From assembly GCF_006345805.1 (NCBI RefSeq), contig NC_042999.1, positions 135,718,001 through 135,782,000 of the forward strand: DNA of 64,000 nt. The letters are read 5' to 3'. The stretch comes from Octopus sinensis (taxonomy: Eukaryota). Numbering within the stretch: position 1 is the first letter of the stretch; every line of letters begins with the position of its first letter. Shown piece after piece: positions 1 through 10,912 of this stretch. A program made the translations under genes and the position numbers. The notes under the pieces were generated by a model, which worked only from the letters and a program-made list of their open reading frames with translations, was not told the origin of the DNA and did no database searches.

Positions 1-1370
1 TAGTTTTAGAGATACCTCTTTTGAAATTCCCATTTCGTTTCTCACACATTAACTTGTGTAGGTTGAATTATATAAAATGTTAGAGAAAGAAACCTACTTG
101 CTTCTTGTCATAAATACCAATACATACATCTAAAGCAAAATTTTTTTCAGGGGCCCTTAAAATACTATTGTAGATCCCCAGTTTGCTATTTTGTTGCATG
201 GACTTCCCCAAAATCTTATATGGGCCTTCAGGAGCCATATGAACCCTGCTTGAAAACCACTGTTCTAGACCAACAAATAAATATATTTCTTCTGTATAGT
301 TTTAGTACTTTACCTGCTAAAATTCTAAGTTACAGTGTGTCAACACCTTATTGATAAGCATCAACAAAGTGAAACATATCTAGAGTTATCTCCTGTACTT
401 ATTGATATACAAATATTGGTTATTAACTAACATTTTTCTTCAACTATATATTTAATTTGGGATTTTTAAGGGTCTAAGCATTAGCTACACCTTCAAATTA
501 ACATTAACTTGGCAAATTACACACACACACTGTTAAATTATAAGAATTTAGAAACTTCAAGAGATATGAAAATTAAAGGAGGAAATTGAAATATGTTGTA
601 TTTTATACAGTAGGAAATGTTTACAATAGAATATGGAGAGCAAACCATTCTCATCAGCTTAGTGCCTCTTGACTACATATAATATTACAAAATGTTTACA
701 TTCTTTACCAGTCAAGCTACTTAAATACAATTCTTATAAAAAGTTTTGTGGTTAACTTTTTAACTAACAGGGACATCACTCAAACTGAACAACTCAGTTT
801 TTCATGAGGTGCAATAACAAAGTTTTTCTTTTATCATTTTGGTTGCAGCTTTATAATTACCATTATTATTGTAACACAGATTTTTTATGTTGTCGACTTC
901 ACCATTTGGCTTATCACTAGAATATTATCAATTCAGTTACAGGACCACATTCAATACTTGACAAATATGTGTACTGATTTTACAGACAAGAACCAGACAC
1001 TATTGAATTACATTCAGGTGTGTAGAATGAGTGATTAGAATGCTAGATTGATGAATGAAAATTCTTCTGTCCAAGCTCTCTGCATATCTCTTGCTTCAGT
1101 CAATCTAAATGAAATGTCACAGGTTTCATAAGTGGGTAACCTGAAGAAATGCAGTATTCAAGCATTTAGCCAACAAAAATGTAGTCCAAATTGCAACAGA
1201 AATTGGTGATATATTAAAGACCTAAAGAAAATAAACAATGGTTTTTGGGGAACATATAAATGTACATAATTCATTTCAAAACATTTCTATATTATTTCAT
1301 ATTTAAAAAGCAAAAATAAAGTAACAAGTAAACTAATCTTGCAAGATTGTATAAGTTATTTGCAACTTAC

Positions 1371-1542
1371 CAATATCTTTGGCATGTTTAAAAGCTTCTT
1401 CACTAGTAGTAGCAACTCGAAAATTTGGAACTCTTACACCGCCATCTTCCAATAATTTAAAGCTCAGATGCTCATGAAGAGACAAAGATCTTTTTTGTTG
1501 AGATTGAGGGTTTAGATTCAGAGAGAGGAGTGAAGAAAGCAC
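1371..1542 (-). CDS. SUCLA2: Succinate-CoA ligase [ADP-forming] beta subunit, exon 2
   Basis: Translates VLSSLLSLNLNPQSQQKRSLSLHEHLSFKLLEDGGVRVPNFRVATTSEEAFKHAKDIG, matching the SCS-beta N-terminus (human SUCLA2 [41 protein letters not shown]). Acceptor tttag, donor G|GTAAGT, phases 0 and 1. Paralogue SUCLG2 is not fully excluded. Downstream exons lie before position 1. Confidence 0.9.
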
Positions 1543-1743
1543 CTAAATTTAAAACATTAAGTCTAAATCAGTCTATTAAAAAAACAACATATAAAACACA
1601 TATTATATAAAATTGTAATGTGTGTCAACATAATGTAATGAATCAAAAAATTGTAATTAATATTACACCTGTAGTGAAGAGAAAAAAATCATTACCTTAA
1701 CTAATTCTGGACAAGGTAAGAGACAACCCTAGAATTTAGCTTA

Positions 1744-2039
1744 CCGTATTTGATGGCCTATAAGATGCACCTTTTTTACCCAAAAACGGCTTTAAAATTC
1801 TCCCTGCATCCAATGCACTCAATGTAGGCTCAAAACGATATGTATGTTTACAAAATGTGTGCTGCCATCTATTGGTAAACAATCGCCTACGGTATGTTTA
1901 TATTGAATGTGGATGTAATAAATTGCTTATAATTACCGATAACAAAGTTATACAGGTAAGTAGAAGAATTAAAACATCATTTAAGTGGTAATTTGGTGCA
2001 TCCTATGCACTCATGTGTCTTACAGACCATCAAATATGG
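1744..2039. mobile_element. Tc1/mariner-superfamily (pogo/Tc2-like) MITE
   Basis: TA|CCGTATTTGATGGCCTATAAGATGCAC at the left and GTGTCTTACAGACCATCAAATATGG|TA at the right: imperfect terminal inverted repeats with a TA target duplication. Confidence 0.72.
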
Positions 2040-2149
2040 TAATTAAAAGCAGAATGCAGTGGGAAGTGAATGTGATTTTTAAAGAGAGAAAGAGAGAGAG
2101 TGTGTGTGTGCATGTGATGTTCATGTGCATGTGTGTCTATGGGACCAAT

Positions 2150-3290
2150 TCTTGAAAGTGGCAGAGAGAGCTTATAACAAAGCTGTGATGCAGTTTAGGT
2201 TTCTAACTAAAAGTGGAACTACTGATGCCATTTTCCTAGTGAGGCTACTGCAAGAGAAATTCTTTATTAAGATTAAACTTTGTTGCTAGTGTTCATGAAT
2301 TTATAGGACTTTAATAGGGCCCCACATTAAATTATACTGGTGGTTACTACATGAAAACAGAAGAGCTTGTGAGAGCCATGTAAGTCATGTAGAAGGATGC
2401 AGTTAGTAAAGTAAGATTTAGCAACATTTAGTGAGGAATTTAACAGGTAGGTAGGTATCCATTAGGACTACTCTTGGTCCCCTTTTGTTTATTACCGTTC
2501 TCTATAGCATAACAGGAATTTGAGTCTGGATACTTTTGGAAAATCCTGTATTGCTGATGGTCTAGTTCTCATAGCCGCATCAGTTAAAGAATTAAAGAAA
2601 AAGTTCTTAATGTAGAAGCCTCAAATAAAGAGGCCTAAAGGTCAAGTTAGCAGAGAAGAGAGAAAACTGTCAACCAACTAGGAAGTGGCTATGTTCAGTA
2701 TGCAGAAAGGAAGTAGGAAGGAATTTCCATACTGTGGACCCACTGCAAACAGTGAGTACAGTACACAAAAGGTACAGGGGGATCTCAGGTAAGCTGATAA
2801 AGAAGGGTTTTATATGTAATAGATGCACAGGAGCAGTTAGTACACAAGAAATTAAATCTTTCAATGGCTAGAAGGCTCATTCAAAGTAGATGACAACTTC
2901 TTTTATCTAATAATGGAGGTGAGGTGTTGCAAAGACATAGAAGCTAGATTAAAGGTAGGGTGGAAAAAACCTCAAGGCACAATTAGCTCTGTATAACAGA
3001 GATTTTCTCACTGAAAGGCTGGCTGTATGATGCTTGTGTACAAAGTATATTACCATAGCAAGTTTTTGGGTGATACATGTGGTGGGTATGCAAAAGGTGA
3101 AAATGAAGTATATTCCACTGGATATATAAGGCCAGTTTGAACAAAATAACATAGGTGTGTGTGTGTAGAGAGAGAGAGAGACTATACAATAAAGGTATTC
3201 ACAATAATATACAAGAGATTGCACTGACATGTGTGTGATGAATGATAATTGAGCGAAGCCCCACAAAGAACCACAAGTGGAGAGACACAG
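2150..3290 (+). mobile_element. Decayed RTE-clade LINE reverse transcriptase fragment
   Basis: MQFRFLTKSGTTDAIFLVRLLQEKF and downstream frameshifted segments homologous to the better-preserved RTE copy at 23-24.9 kb. Confidence 0.72.
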
Positions 3291-4949
3291 TATTGAAATT
3301 GACTTCTCTTACTCATAGAAAACAAACATTTAAATTATAATTATGACAGACATATATAGTGTAAATATTTATATCTATTTTAAATACTGGTATATAAAAG
3401 TCAGTGGATCAATCTTGTGATCTACATTGATGTTAGGAATATCCAGTTACTTCATCCTAAGTCTTCTTTGCACTTCTTTTTCTACAATTATCAACCCATG
3501 CTACATTTTTACTCAACAAGTATTGCTTATGCACAAAACATGCTATGCATGTGTGTGCACATACATACACACTAATTTAGATAAATTGGTCAAAATAATA
3601 GCATATTCTTTAATGATATTAATTAACAGTAAATGTATAATATCATAGTATAACACTATCTTAACACAGAAATAAATATTGTGATATCTGCCACCTAAAA
3701 GCAGAGTTTATTAGTAGATCCCAACAATGTTGCTAGTATGTAGAAATCATTATCCAAAAGAATCTAGTGAAAGCATGAAGTATTTGATTAGCTTTGTAAA
3801 TATATATACTATTAAGTTCACAATCTCTCTCACAAAGGACTTAAAATACACAATCGCAAAGTAGTCCATTAACAAAGAAAGAAACTAAGAGGTTGTGTGA
3901 CTTACTTAACAGATCAGTTAAATCTCACTTAAGTCATACACAACCTTCAAAAAGAAAGGACACATTATATAATCTTAATTTCCTCTAAAATGAGACTGAA
4001 CACAGCTGGAATGCCTATGATCATGTGACCGACCAGGCTATCAGATGTTGCTACACATCCCTGGTCACAATGCGCTTCGCATTGTTTTAGCCTTCAAATG
4101 ATGCCACCCCACTGGCTAAGCGAGCAGGCCAATATATATATATAACACATAAAATTTCATGATTTATTTGTTTGTCTATATATATATATATAGCATGGAG
4201 TGAGGGCAATGCTCAAGACCTTTCCAAACCACTCCAAACTGGTGGATGGTTGATGCAACCAATGTTCAGTCTGAATACCTATATTGTGAGCTATTTACTT
4301 GGTGTCTGTCTATTATTTATTTGCCAGTATATTTATTGAATATTTTGTTAAAAGGATGTGTGTGTGTATGTACATATGTAGCAGAAGCATGATTGCTCTT
4401 GAACTTTAGCTACCCACAATGTGGCTTTTTACTTTTAGCTACCCATTTTGGTTCATCACATGAGGGTCAAGTCCATTTAGCCCTACTTGGACTGTCCATC
4501 CCTTAATATGATGGACTAGCCTAGTGTCTGTACATCAGCTATAAAATGGGAGCACTTTGCCTGTTAATTTCTCAGGGAGGTGAGTTTTTGCTACAAGCAG
4601 TTTTGGATCTTTGATGTGAGAGCAGTTTGATTCCACTTTGCAGCTTCAACATTTTGAACAGAATTGTAACCGGAATCCTTGACAAAATGTTTCTCAACTT
4701 ACCAACATTTTAAACAGGATTGTAACCAGAATTTTTGATGTTATGCTTCAGGGTTTTCAAACTCTTTATTTTCATTTTTATCAGTACTTGAATGTATACA
4801 ATGTATTGATGGTTATTAATGTCCTACCAGTTTGCTAATTTTAGTGATAGTAATAAATGCTTCTGTACAGTCAATTGTAACTTGTCTTTGAATTTGTTTG
4901 TTGATATTCATCATGACTTCATTGTTTATTGATATTTATCCAGACTTCA

Positions 4950-5737
4950 TCTCTCTCTATATAAATGGTAGTTTGTCTGTGTGTGTGTCTGTCAGGTTGT
5001 ACCCTCACCCTGACCACGGCTTTCAACCGATTCTGATGAAACTTGACACACACATAGCCCAATGTCATAATTCAAAACTAACGCAGCGAAAATTTTGAAA
5101 AGTTTCCCCAGTTCTGAAAAAAATCGATAAATTCGACATGGGGTCGAGAATCTAAGCTTTTTATATGCAACACATTTTCTGTTGTAGTTTTTGCAACTTG
5201 CAATCGATTTTCACCAAACTCATGGTGAAGCTTAATGTTACCCTAAGAAACTTAATTCTGACGTTAGTTTTCCATGCAATACCTTACCATCAGAAAAAAA
5301 TCGATAAAATCATGCCATTTTGGGAAATCGCGTTCAAATTCAAGATGACATATTTTCGACAATATCTTTCACAAAATGGCAGGAATTTTTTTTTAAATAC
5401 ACAGCGAGCATCATGTCTGCTCCAAGGAGCTATATGGCCCTTTTTATTCCAATAGGATACTTTATTACTGGAAAAAATCGGTTAATTAAATCATATGTGA
5501 CACACATAGCAAACCGATTTGTGTATTAAACACAAACGACAGACTGTCTAGGGGACGCAACTCAACCTTTTTATCGCCCAAAGGGACAGCTAGGAACATC
5601 GTATACACAGAAGTATTCGAGTGAAGAGAAGACATTGCAACCTACACATGCGCCTTCGTTCCCTAGAGGGAAAGGACTAGATTGGGATTAGTCGTTGCCT
5701 ACTAGGGGCTCTGACATACCCGGGCAACGCTGCTAGT
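4950..5737 (+). mobile_element. Probable non-autonomous Helitron/DINE-1-like element
   Basis: Starts TCTCTCTATATAAATGG followed by a GTCT/GTGT microsatellite; ends CCCGGGCAACGC (partial hairpin) ...GCTAGT; AT-rich non-coding interior. Confidence 0.5.
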
Positions 5738-6329
5738 TTAATATAACCCTAACATTATCAGACCTTAATCCACATTTCATACAACAACTACACATTCCTA
5801 TTGCTAAACATACAAAGATAAGTCATTGATTATCAGTAGTTCATCTATCATTTTTTTTTTATTGGCAGAAAAAAAACTAGGTGTATGTGCATCCCTATAT
5901 GTGGCATTTCTCTTTGAACTATATTGCACGTCTGAACATGTAACTTCAAAGAAGTTATTACAAGGCCATTGTGCTTTGTGTTTGCTCTAAGGAAGAGCAA
6001 CATTCAATGATTTGTTTCCTATGTATAAGGAGCTGAAGTCCATCAAAGGCTCTCAGTATAGCATGGCAACAATGTTTTGCCAGTACATACCGTCAACAAA
6101 TGAACTGAAGTTTCAAAATGGTTACACAATCATTATACAACAATAAGAAATCAAATGTCCAAACATTGTTTTGCTGACAACACTGAACAAGTCCATGTTA
6201 TGGTGCCTATTGATAACGTAGCAAGCAAATAATTAATGACTTGCCAGCACATAAATAACTTTCACAATTGAAGAATTGTTTATATATTTTTCTACTTGCT
6301 GGGTTTAGAGAAAGAGGCAGTGCTCAAGG

Positions 6330-6590
6330 CTTTTGTAGGCCATCAGAGATTGGTAAGATTAGTGCCTCTTCAACCCTTGTAAGCCAACACTTGTGGGACA
6401 GATAGGAGCATAGAGGCAATTCCAGCAGGGACAACATTCTGGAAAGGTAAAGCAGGGCATAGTGATTAGTGCTGGGCCTCGGGGAGCTGGGTACAAAAAG
6501 GGTTATGAGAGGAAGAAAGAAAAGTAAAACAGGAATACCTGAGTGGAAATGGCATGATCCCAGCCAAATGTTGACATGCAGAGGCCTTTG
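6330..6590 (-). mobile_element. CR1/L2-group LINE 3' fragment, decayed
   Basis: Reverse complement gives frameshifted remnants such as HNPFCTQLPEAQH and SVGLQGLKRH, similar to the copy at 50.7-51.4 kb. Confidence 0.45.
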
Positions 6591-6593
6591 TAA

Positions 6594-6905
6594 TTGGCAC
6601 TCTGTTGGTTACGAGAATGGTTCCAGTTGATCGAGTCAGCAGAACAGCTTACTCATGAAATCAATGTGCAAATAGTTGAGCACTCCACAAACACATGTAC
6701 CCTTAACGTAGTTCTCAGGGAGATTCAGTGTGACACAGAATGTGGTGTGGCTGGCCCTTTGAGATACAGGTACTACTCATTCTTGCCAGTTGAGTAGATT
6801 GGAACAACATAAAAATAAAATCTTCAAGGACACCACATGCCTCTGGGAATGACACTCACAACCTTATGATAGTAAGCCAAATACTCTAACCACTATATCA
6901 CATGC
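6594..6905 (-). mobile_element. tRNA-derived SINE (family also at 17.83-18.17, 52.8-53.0 and 55.0-55.3 kb)
   Basis: Shares the central block GTGGAGTGCTCAGCCACTTGCACGTTAATTTCA(C/T)GAG, here in reverse orientation and diverged. Confidence 0.62.
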
Positions 6906-7519
6906 CTTCACCATTGTGGTATTGGTAGAAAAAACAGAGAGCAAGAAGAAACAGCAGAACCCATGGGTCAGAAGCTGGACTTTGTGAGACCAATCAGTTA
7001 GGTGGTCTAGGATGTTTGTGTGTACACCAGCAGCACCATACCAGATGTGAGAAAAATACTCCATTGTGAAGTATCAATAATTGATGAGGCTTAAGTATCT
7101 TATAGCCCTAAAGAGAATGGCCAGTCATTAGGAAGTAGTTCTTGCTAAGAATTTATTTTCACTATATAAAAATTAATGACTAAAATATATCACTGTGTAC
7201 ATAGTCATGATTCTCATGTCTATTGATATATTTGATAATATAGCTATAGGTCATTCCACTCACCAATTTATGGTGTCTGAGGTGATATACAAATCCAATT
7301 TTATCCTCAAAAAGTCTTGCATGTTCAAATGTGGTCTGACAACATTCAGCTAATGTGGACACACATTCCCCAAAGCTTATTAACAAAGACCTAACATCAA
7401 AGATATGTGCATTTCTAATTAAAGAAAGACAGAAACAAAAGTATGAGGTTAATGTCAACCAATGCACACTAATTATTGACTGTGATAATTTGTGTGTGTG
7501 CACACGCATGCACATAAAT

Positions 7520-7730
7520 TGATACTGGTGCTGGTGGCATGCAAAATGCACTGATGCTAGAGCCACAAAAAATACCCAGCACACCCTGTAAAGTGGTTGT
7601 TATTAGGAAGGGCATCCACCCATAGAAACCATGCCAGAACAGACAATAGAGCCTGGTGTGGCCCCCAGCCATACCAGCTCCTGTCAAATTGTTCAACCCA
7701 TGCCAGCAGGAAAAAAAGACGTTAAACCAT
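7520..7730 (+). mobile_element. RTE 3' UTR/tail fragment
   Basis: AGGAAGGGCATCCACCCATAGAAACC...GACGTTAAAC, the same as the 3' end of the RTE at 23 kb. Confidence 0.6.
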
Positions 7731-8851
7731 CACACGCACACACACACATCCCACTTATTTTATATTTTTTAAAAACTAAGCCAACAAAAGAAACTTAATC
7801 AAACAACTATCACACTAATCACATCCTACCATGAAAGGACATGTTGTACACTGTAGCTCCAGCAAAAAAGACACATGGTCATAGTTAGAATGCCTTTCAT
7901 AAAACATACCAAATAAGAATAACGACTGGTCTGGAGTATAACACCAACTTCGATAAATTTAAGTGGTAGTTTTAACACACAAGTATTTATATTAATTATA
8001 CACACACAGTCACAAAACTATCCATAAACTATGACCCCACCACCTATTCCCATCAAAGATAAAAAGAACAAACATAAGAGTTGGAGGGAGAGGTTAAACA
8101 ATTCCTCATTACCCATACAACTGTCAAAATCCACTAGATCAAGTAATATCCTACCAACAAAAATATGAACATACTACTGATAAGATACAACACAAAAATG
8201 TTTTACTACTAAAAAGTAAACAAAAGCCCTACAGCAAGCATATTTTTTATACAATTACATTAATTAAAAAAAGAATCTACATAAATTTGGAAGAAAAACA
8301 AAGTGATATTAAACCAATAATTGGGTTGTCAAGAAAAATAAACTATAAAAATATTCTACCTTTATATGTATGTACTAAAGTACATTCATGGAAAAATATT
8401 TGTTTATCAAGTTTTACCTTATCAGTAGTCTCATGTCCTGAAGTTTAGTGACAGCAATGATTAACATCTATGACATCCATTGAATATTCTACAATGTCTA
8501 TCATAAAAGTCTGTAAGGACTGATTTCATATGAACTTCAAAAATTGAAATCGTCCATTAGTTGTGAAATTAGCTGTCTGATGGGCTAGTCAGCTCACTGA
8601 TTAGGTGCACTGGATGGTTGACCAGCAGTCTCCAATTTAGGCCACTTACCCTAGTTATTACCTCCACTTAACCATAAATATTTCCCTAATTTTCCTACAG
8701 AATTCTTTTCATTGTTTTACTAATTTCACAATCCTATATTAAAAAAACTTATGGAGCATTTTCACCCCCAACTGTCTTATTTCCTAAATGTCTGAATAGG
8801 TTTCTCTCTTAACACTTATGCTATAATATTTACTTTTTTAATCTAGTATAT

Positions 8852-9260
8852 AGGCGCAGGAGTGGCTGTGTGGTAAATAGCTTGCTTACCAATCACATGG
8901 TTCCGGGTTCATTCCCACTGCGTGGCACCTTGGCCAAGTGTCTTCTACTATAGCCTCGGGCCGACCAAAGGCTTGTGAGTGGATTTGGTAGATGGAAACT
9001 CAAAGAAGCCCATTGTATATATGTATATATATATATATATGTATGTGTGTATGTGTTTCTGTGTTTGTCCCCCTAGCATTGCTTGACAACCAATGCTGGT
9101 GTGTTTATGTACCCGTCACTTAGCGGTTCGGCAAAAGAGACCAATAGAATAAGTACTAGACTTACAAATAATAAATCCTACGATTGATTTGCTCAACTAA
9201 AGGCAGTGCTCCAGCATGGCTGCAGTCAAATGACTGAAACAAGTAAAAGAGAGTAAAAGA
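8852..9260 (+). mobile_element. tRNA-derived SINE, near full length
   Basis: Pol III A box (GTGGCTGTGTGGT) and B box (GGTTCATTCCC) head, internal TA/TG microsatellite, tail GGCTGCAGTCAAATGACTGAAACAAG; more than six related copies in the window. Confidence 0.8.
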
Positions 9261-9849
9261 GTATATACTGTCCTAAGCATATTAGGGCCCCTTACAACAT
9301 ACACTATTTTTTCATTCATTTATTTATTAACCCATACAATGGTCTCAATAGCTGGTCTTTTGTTTTTAAATTTCAACTGACCAATTATATCAAATGCTGA
9401 ACCTTGGCCCACCTCACTTCAGACAACAGATGGAAGGGCTTAACCACCTACTAGTAAATAAATAAATAATTACAGTTAAGGCGCTTACTCTTTTCTTTTG
9501 TGTATTTTTTTTCACTCTGATGAAGCTCCATGTTCCAGATCGGATGTGTAACCAAATATGATGAGTATTGTTTTCAGAATTTATAATGGCAATACCGTGT
9601 AACATTAGAAGCAGAAATAGCTGTGAGATGGGATACAGTCTATTTGTATTAAAAAGTAATAATTGATGTTAGTCAATTGTTGTTGATCAATATTTCTCCA
9701 TTTTCTGTTCACTTCATTTATTTGTTTGTTTGTTTGTGTGTGTGTGTGTGAAATTCGGTTAGCGATTGTGTTAACCTCATGAAGGGATGGTTTCAGCCAA
9801 AGAAATACTGGTTCAATACCTAGTATTTTGGGGGAATTGATTTTCTTAA

Positions 9850-10068
9850 CCCTTTAGTGTTCATATTATTCTATCAAACATAATGCCTATTGATTCCCAT
9901 TGATTTTAATTAATCATGCATTATCCCATATCTTCAAGATCTTGATGGTGTAATTACTTAATGTAGAATAACATTGTAGGGTAGGTGTGAGAGCCTGGAT
10001 CTGGTCAGTTTGAACATAAAACAGATTAACTATTTTGGCCGGATATGGCCGGTTTAAATACTAAAGAG
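9850..10068. mobile_element. piggyBac-like MITE
   Basis: TTAA|CCCTTTAG...CTAAAGAG|TTAA; a second copy at 43369-43576 and a partial copy near 35985-36200. Confidence 0.68.
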
Positions 10069-10173
10069 TTAAATATACATACATATATATATATACCGGA
10101 GTAAATACATAAATGTGAAACAAGGTGGAAAAAAGAGTACTCAAATACCAGTGGTAGAGTAATATGCTTTATT

Positions 10174-10307
10174 TAAAGCAGCAGAAAATTCAACAAAACC
10201 TGTTACTCTGAGTTTCCTGTTGCTGTTCATCGGACAGTTTTTGCTAGCAAACTGTCCGATGAATGGCAATGGGAAACTCAGGTTTTGTTGAATTTTCTGC
10301 TGCTTTA
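10174..10307. repeat. Near-perfect palindrome of Penelope-type termini with a hammerhead-like motif
   Basis: TAAAGCAGCAGAAAATTCAACAAAACC...TTCATCGGACAGTTT-TTGCTAGCAA-ACTGTCCGATGAA...GGTTTTGTTGAATTTTCTGCTGCTTTA; centre at 10245/10246. Confidence 0.75.
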
Positions 10308-10807
10308 CATATATATATATATATATAAACATAGTTTATACTCATATAAAAGAAGAAAATGGAATTGGGAAGTTAATAATTATTTATTATTGACAGGAAA
10401 TTTATCACCATCCCTTACAGCTGTTTCAATTTAATACTCAGTAATTTTTTTAATTATCAAATTTATATGACCTGAGCATAATTTCTTTGGAGGGAAAAAA
10501 ACATACCCTTGGATGTTTCATATGTGTTAATGAATTCATTATAGCAGACTGAATGATCCTGTTTATGCTCAGGTGACAGGTTTGCAGGTTGATTGGAGAG
10601 AAGATAGAGTAATAAATGAATAAATTTGGACAATGGCAAAGGGAGATAATCATCTAGAGTTTTACCCTGAAAATGAGGCTTTTCCCCCACTTCTGTATTT
10701 TAAAGAGGTCTAAGGCCAGCAGTGTTTGGGTTCTAAAGATAGGCAATAAGGCTAACCCCCTTACGAGTGAGGAACCCAGAGTAACCCCATAAACCGGCCT
10801 ACCCCAC

Positions 10808-10836
10808 TATAATACATATATGTATGTATATATGTA

Positions 10837-10895
<59 letters not shown>

Positions 10896-10912
10896 CACGC
10901 ACACACACACAT
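10808..10912. repeat. Compound (TA)n/(TG)n/(CA)n microsatellite
   Basis: Directly visible dinucleotide runs. Confidence 0.9.

Noticed and set aside
4190-4760. Possible solo LTR
   Set aside because: A TATA-like motif and a short direct repeat are present, but no clear TG..CA ends or TSD.
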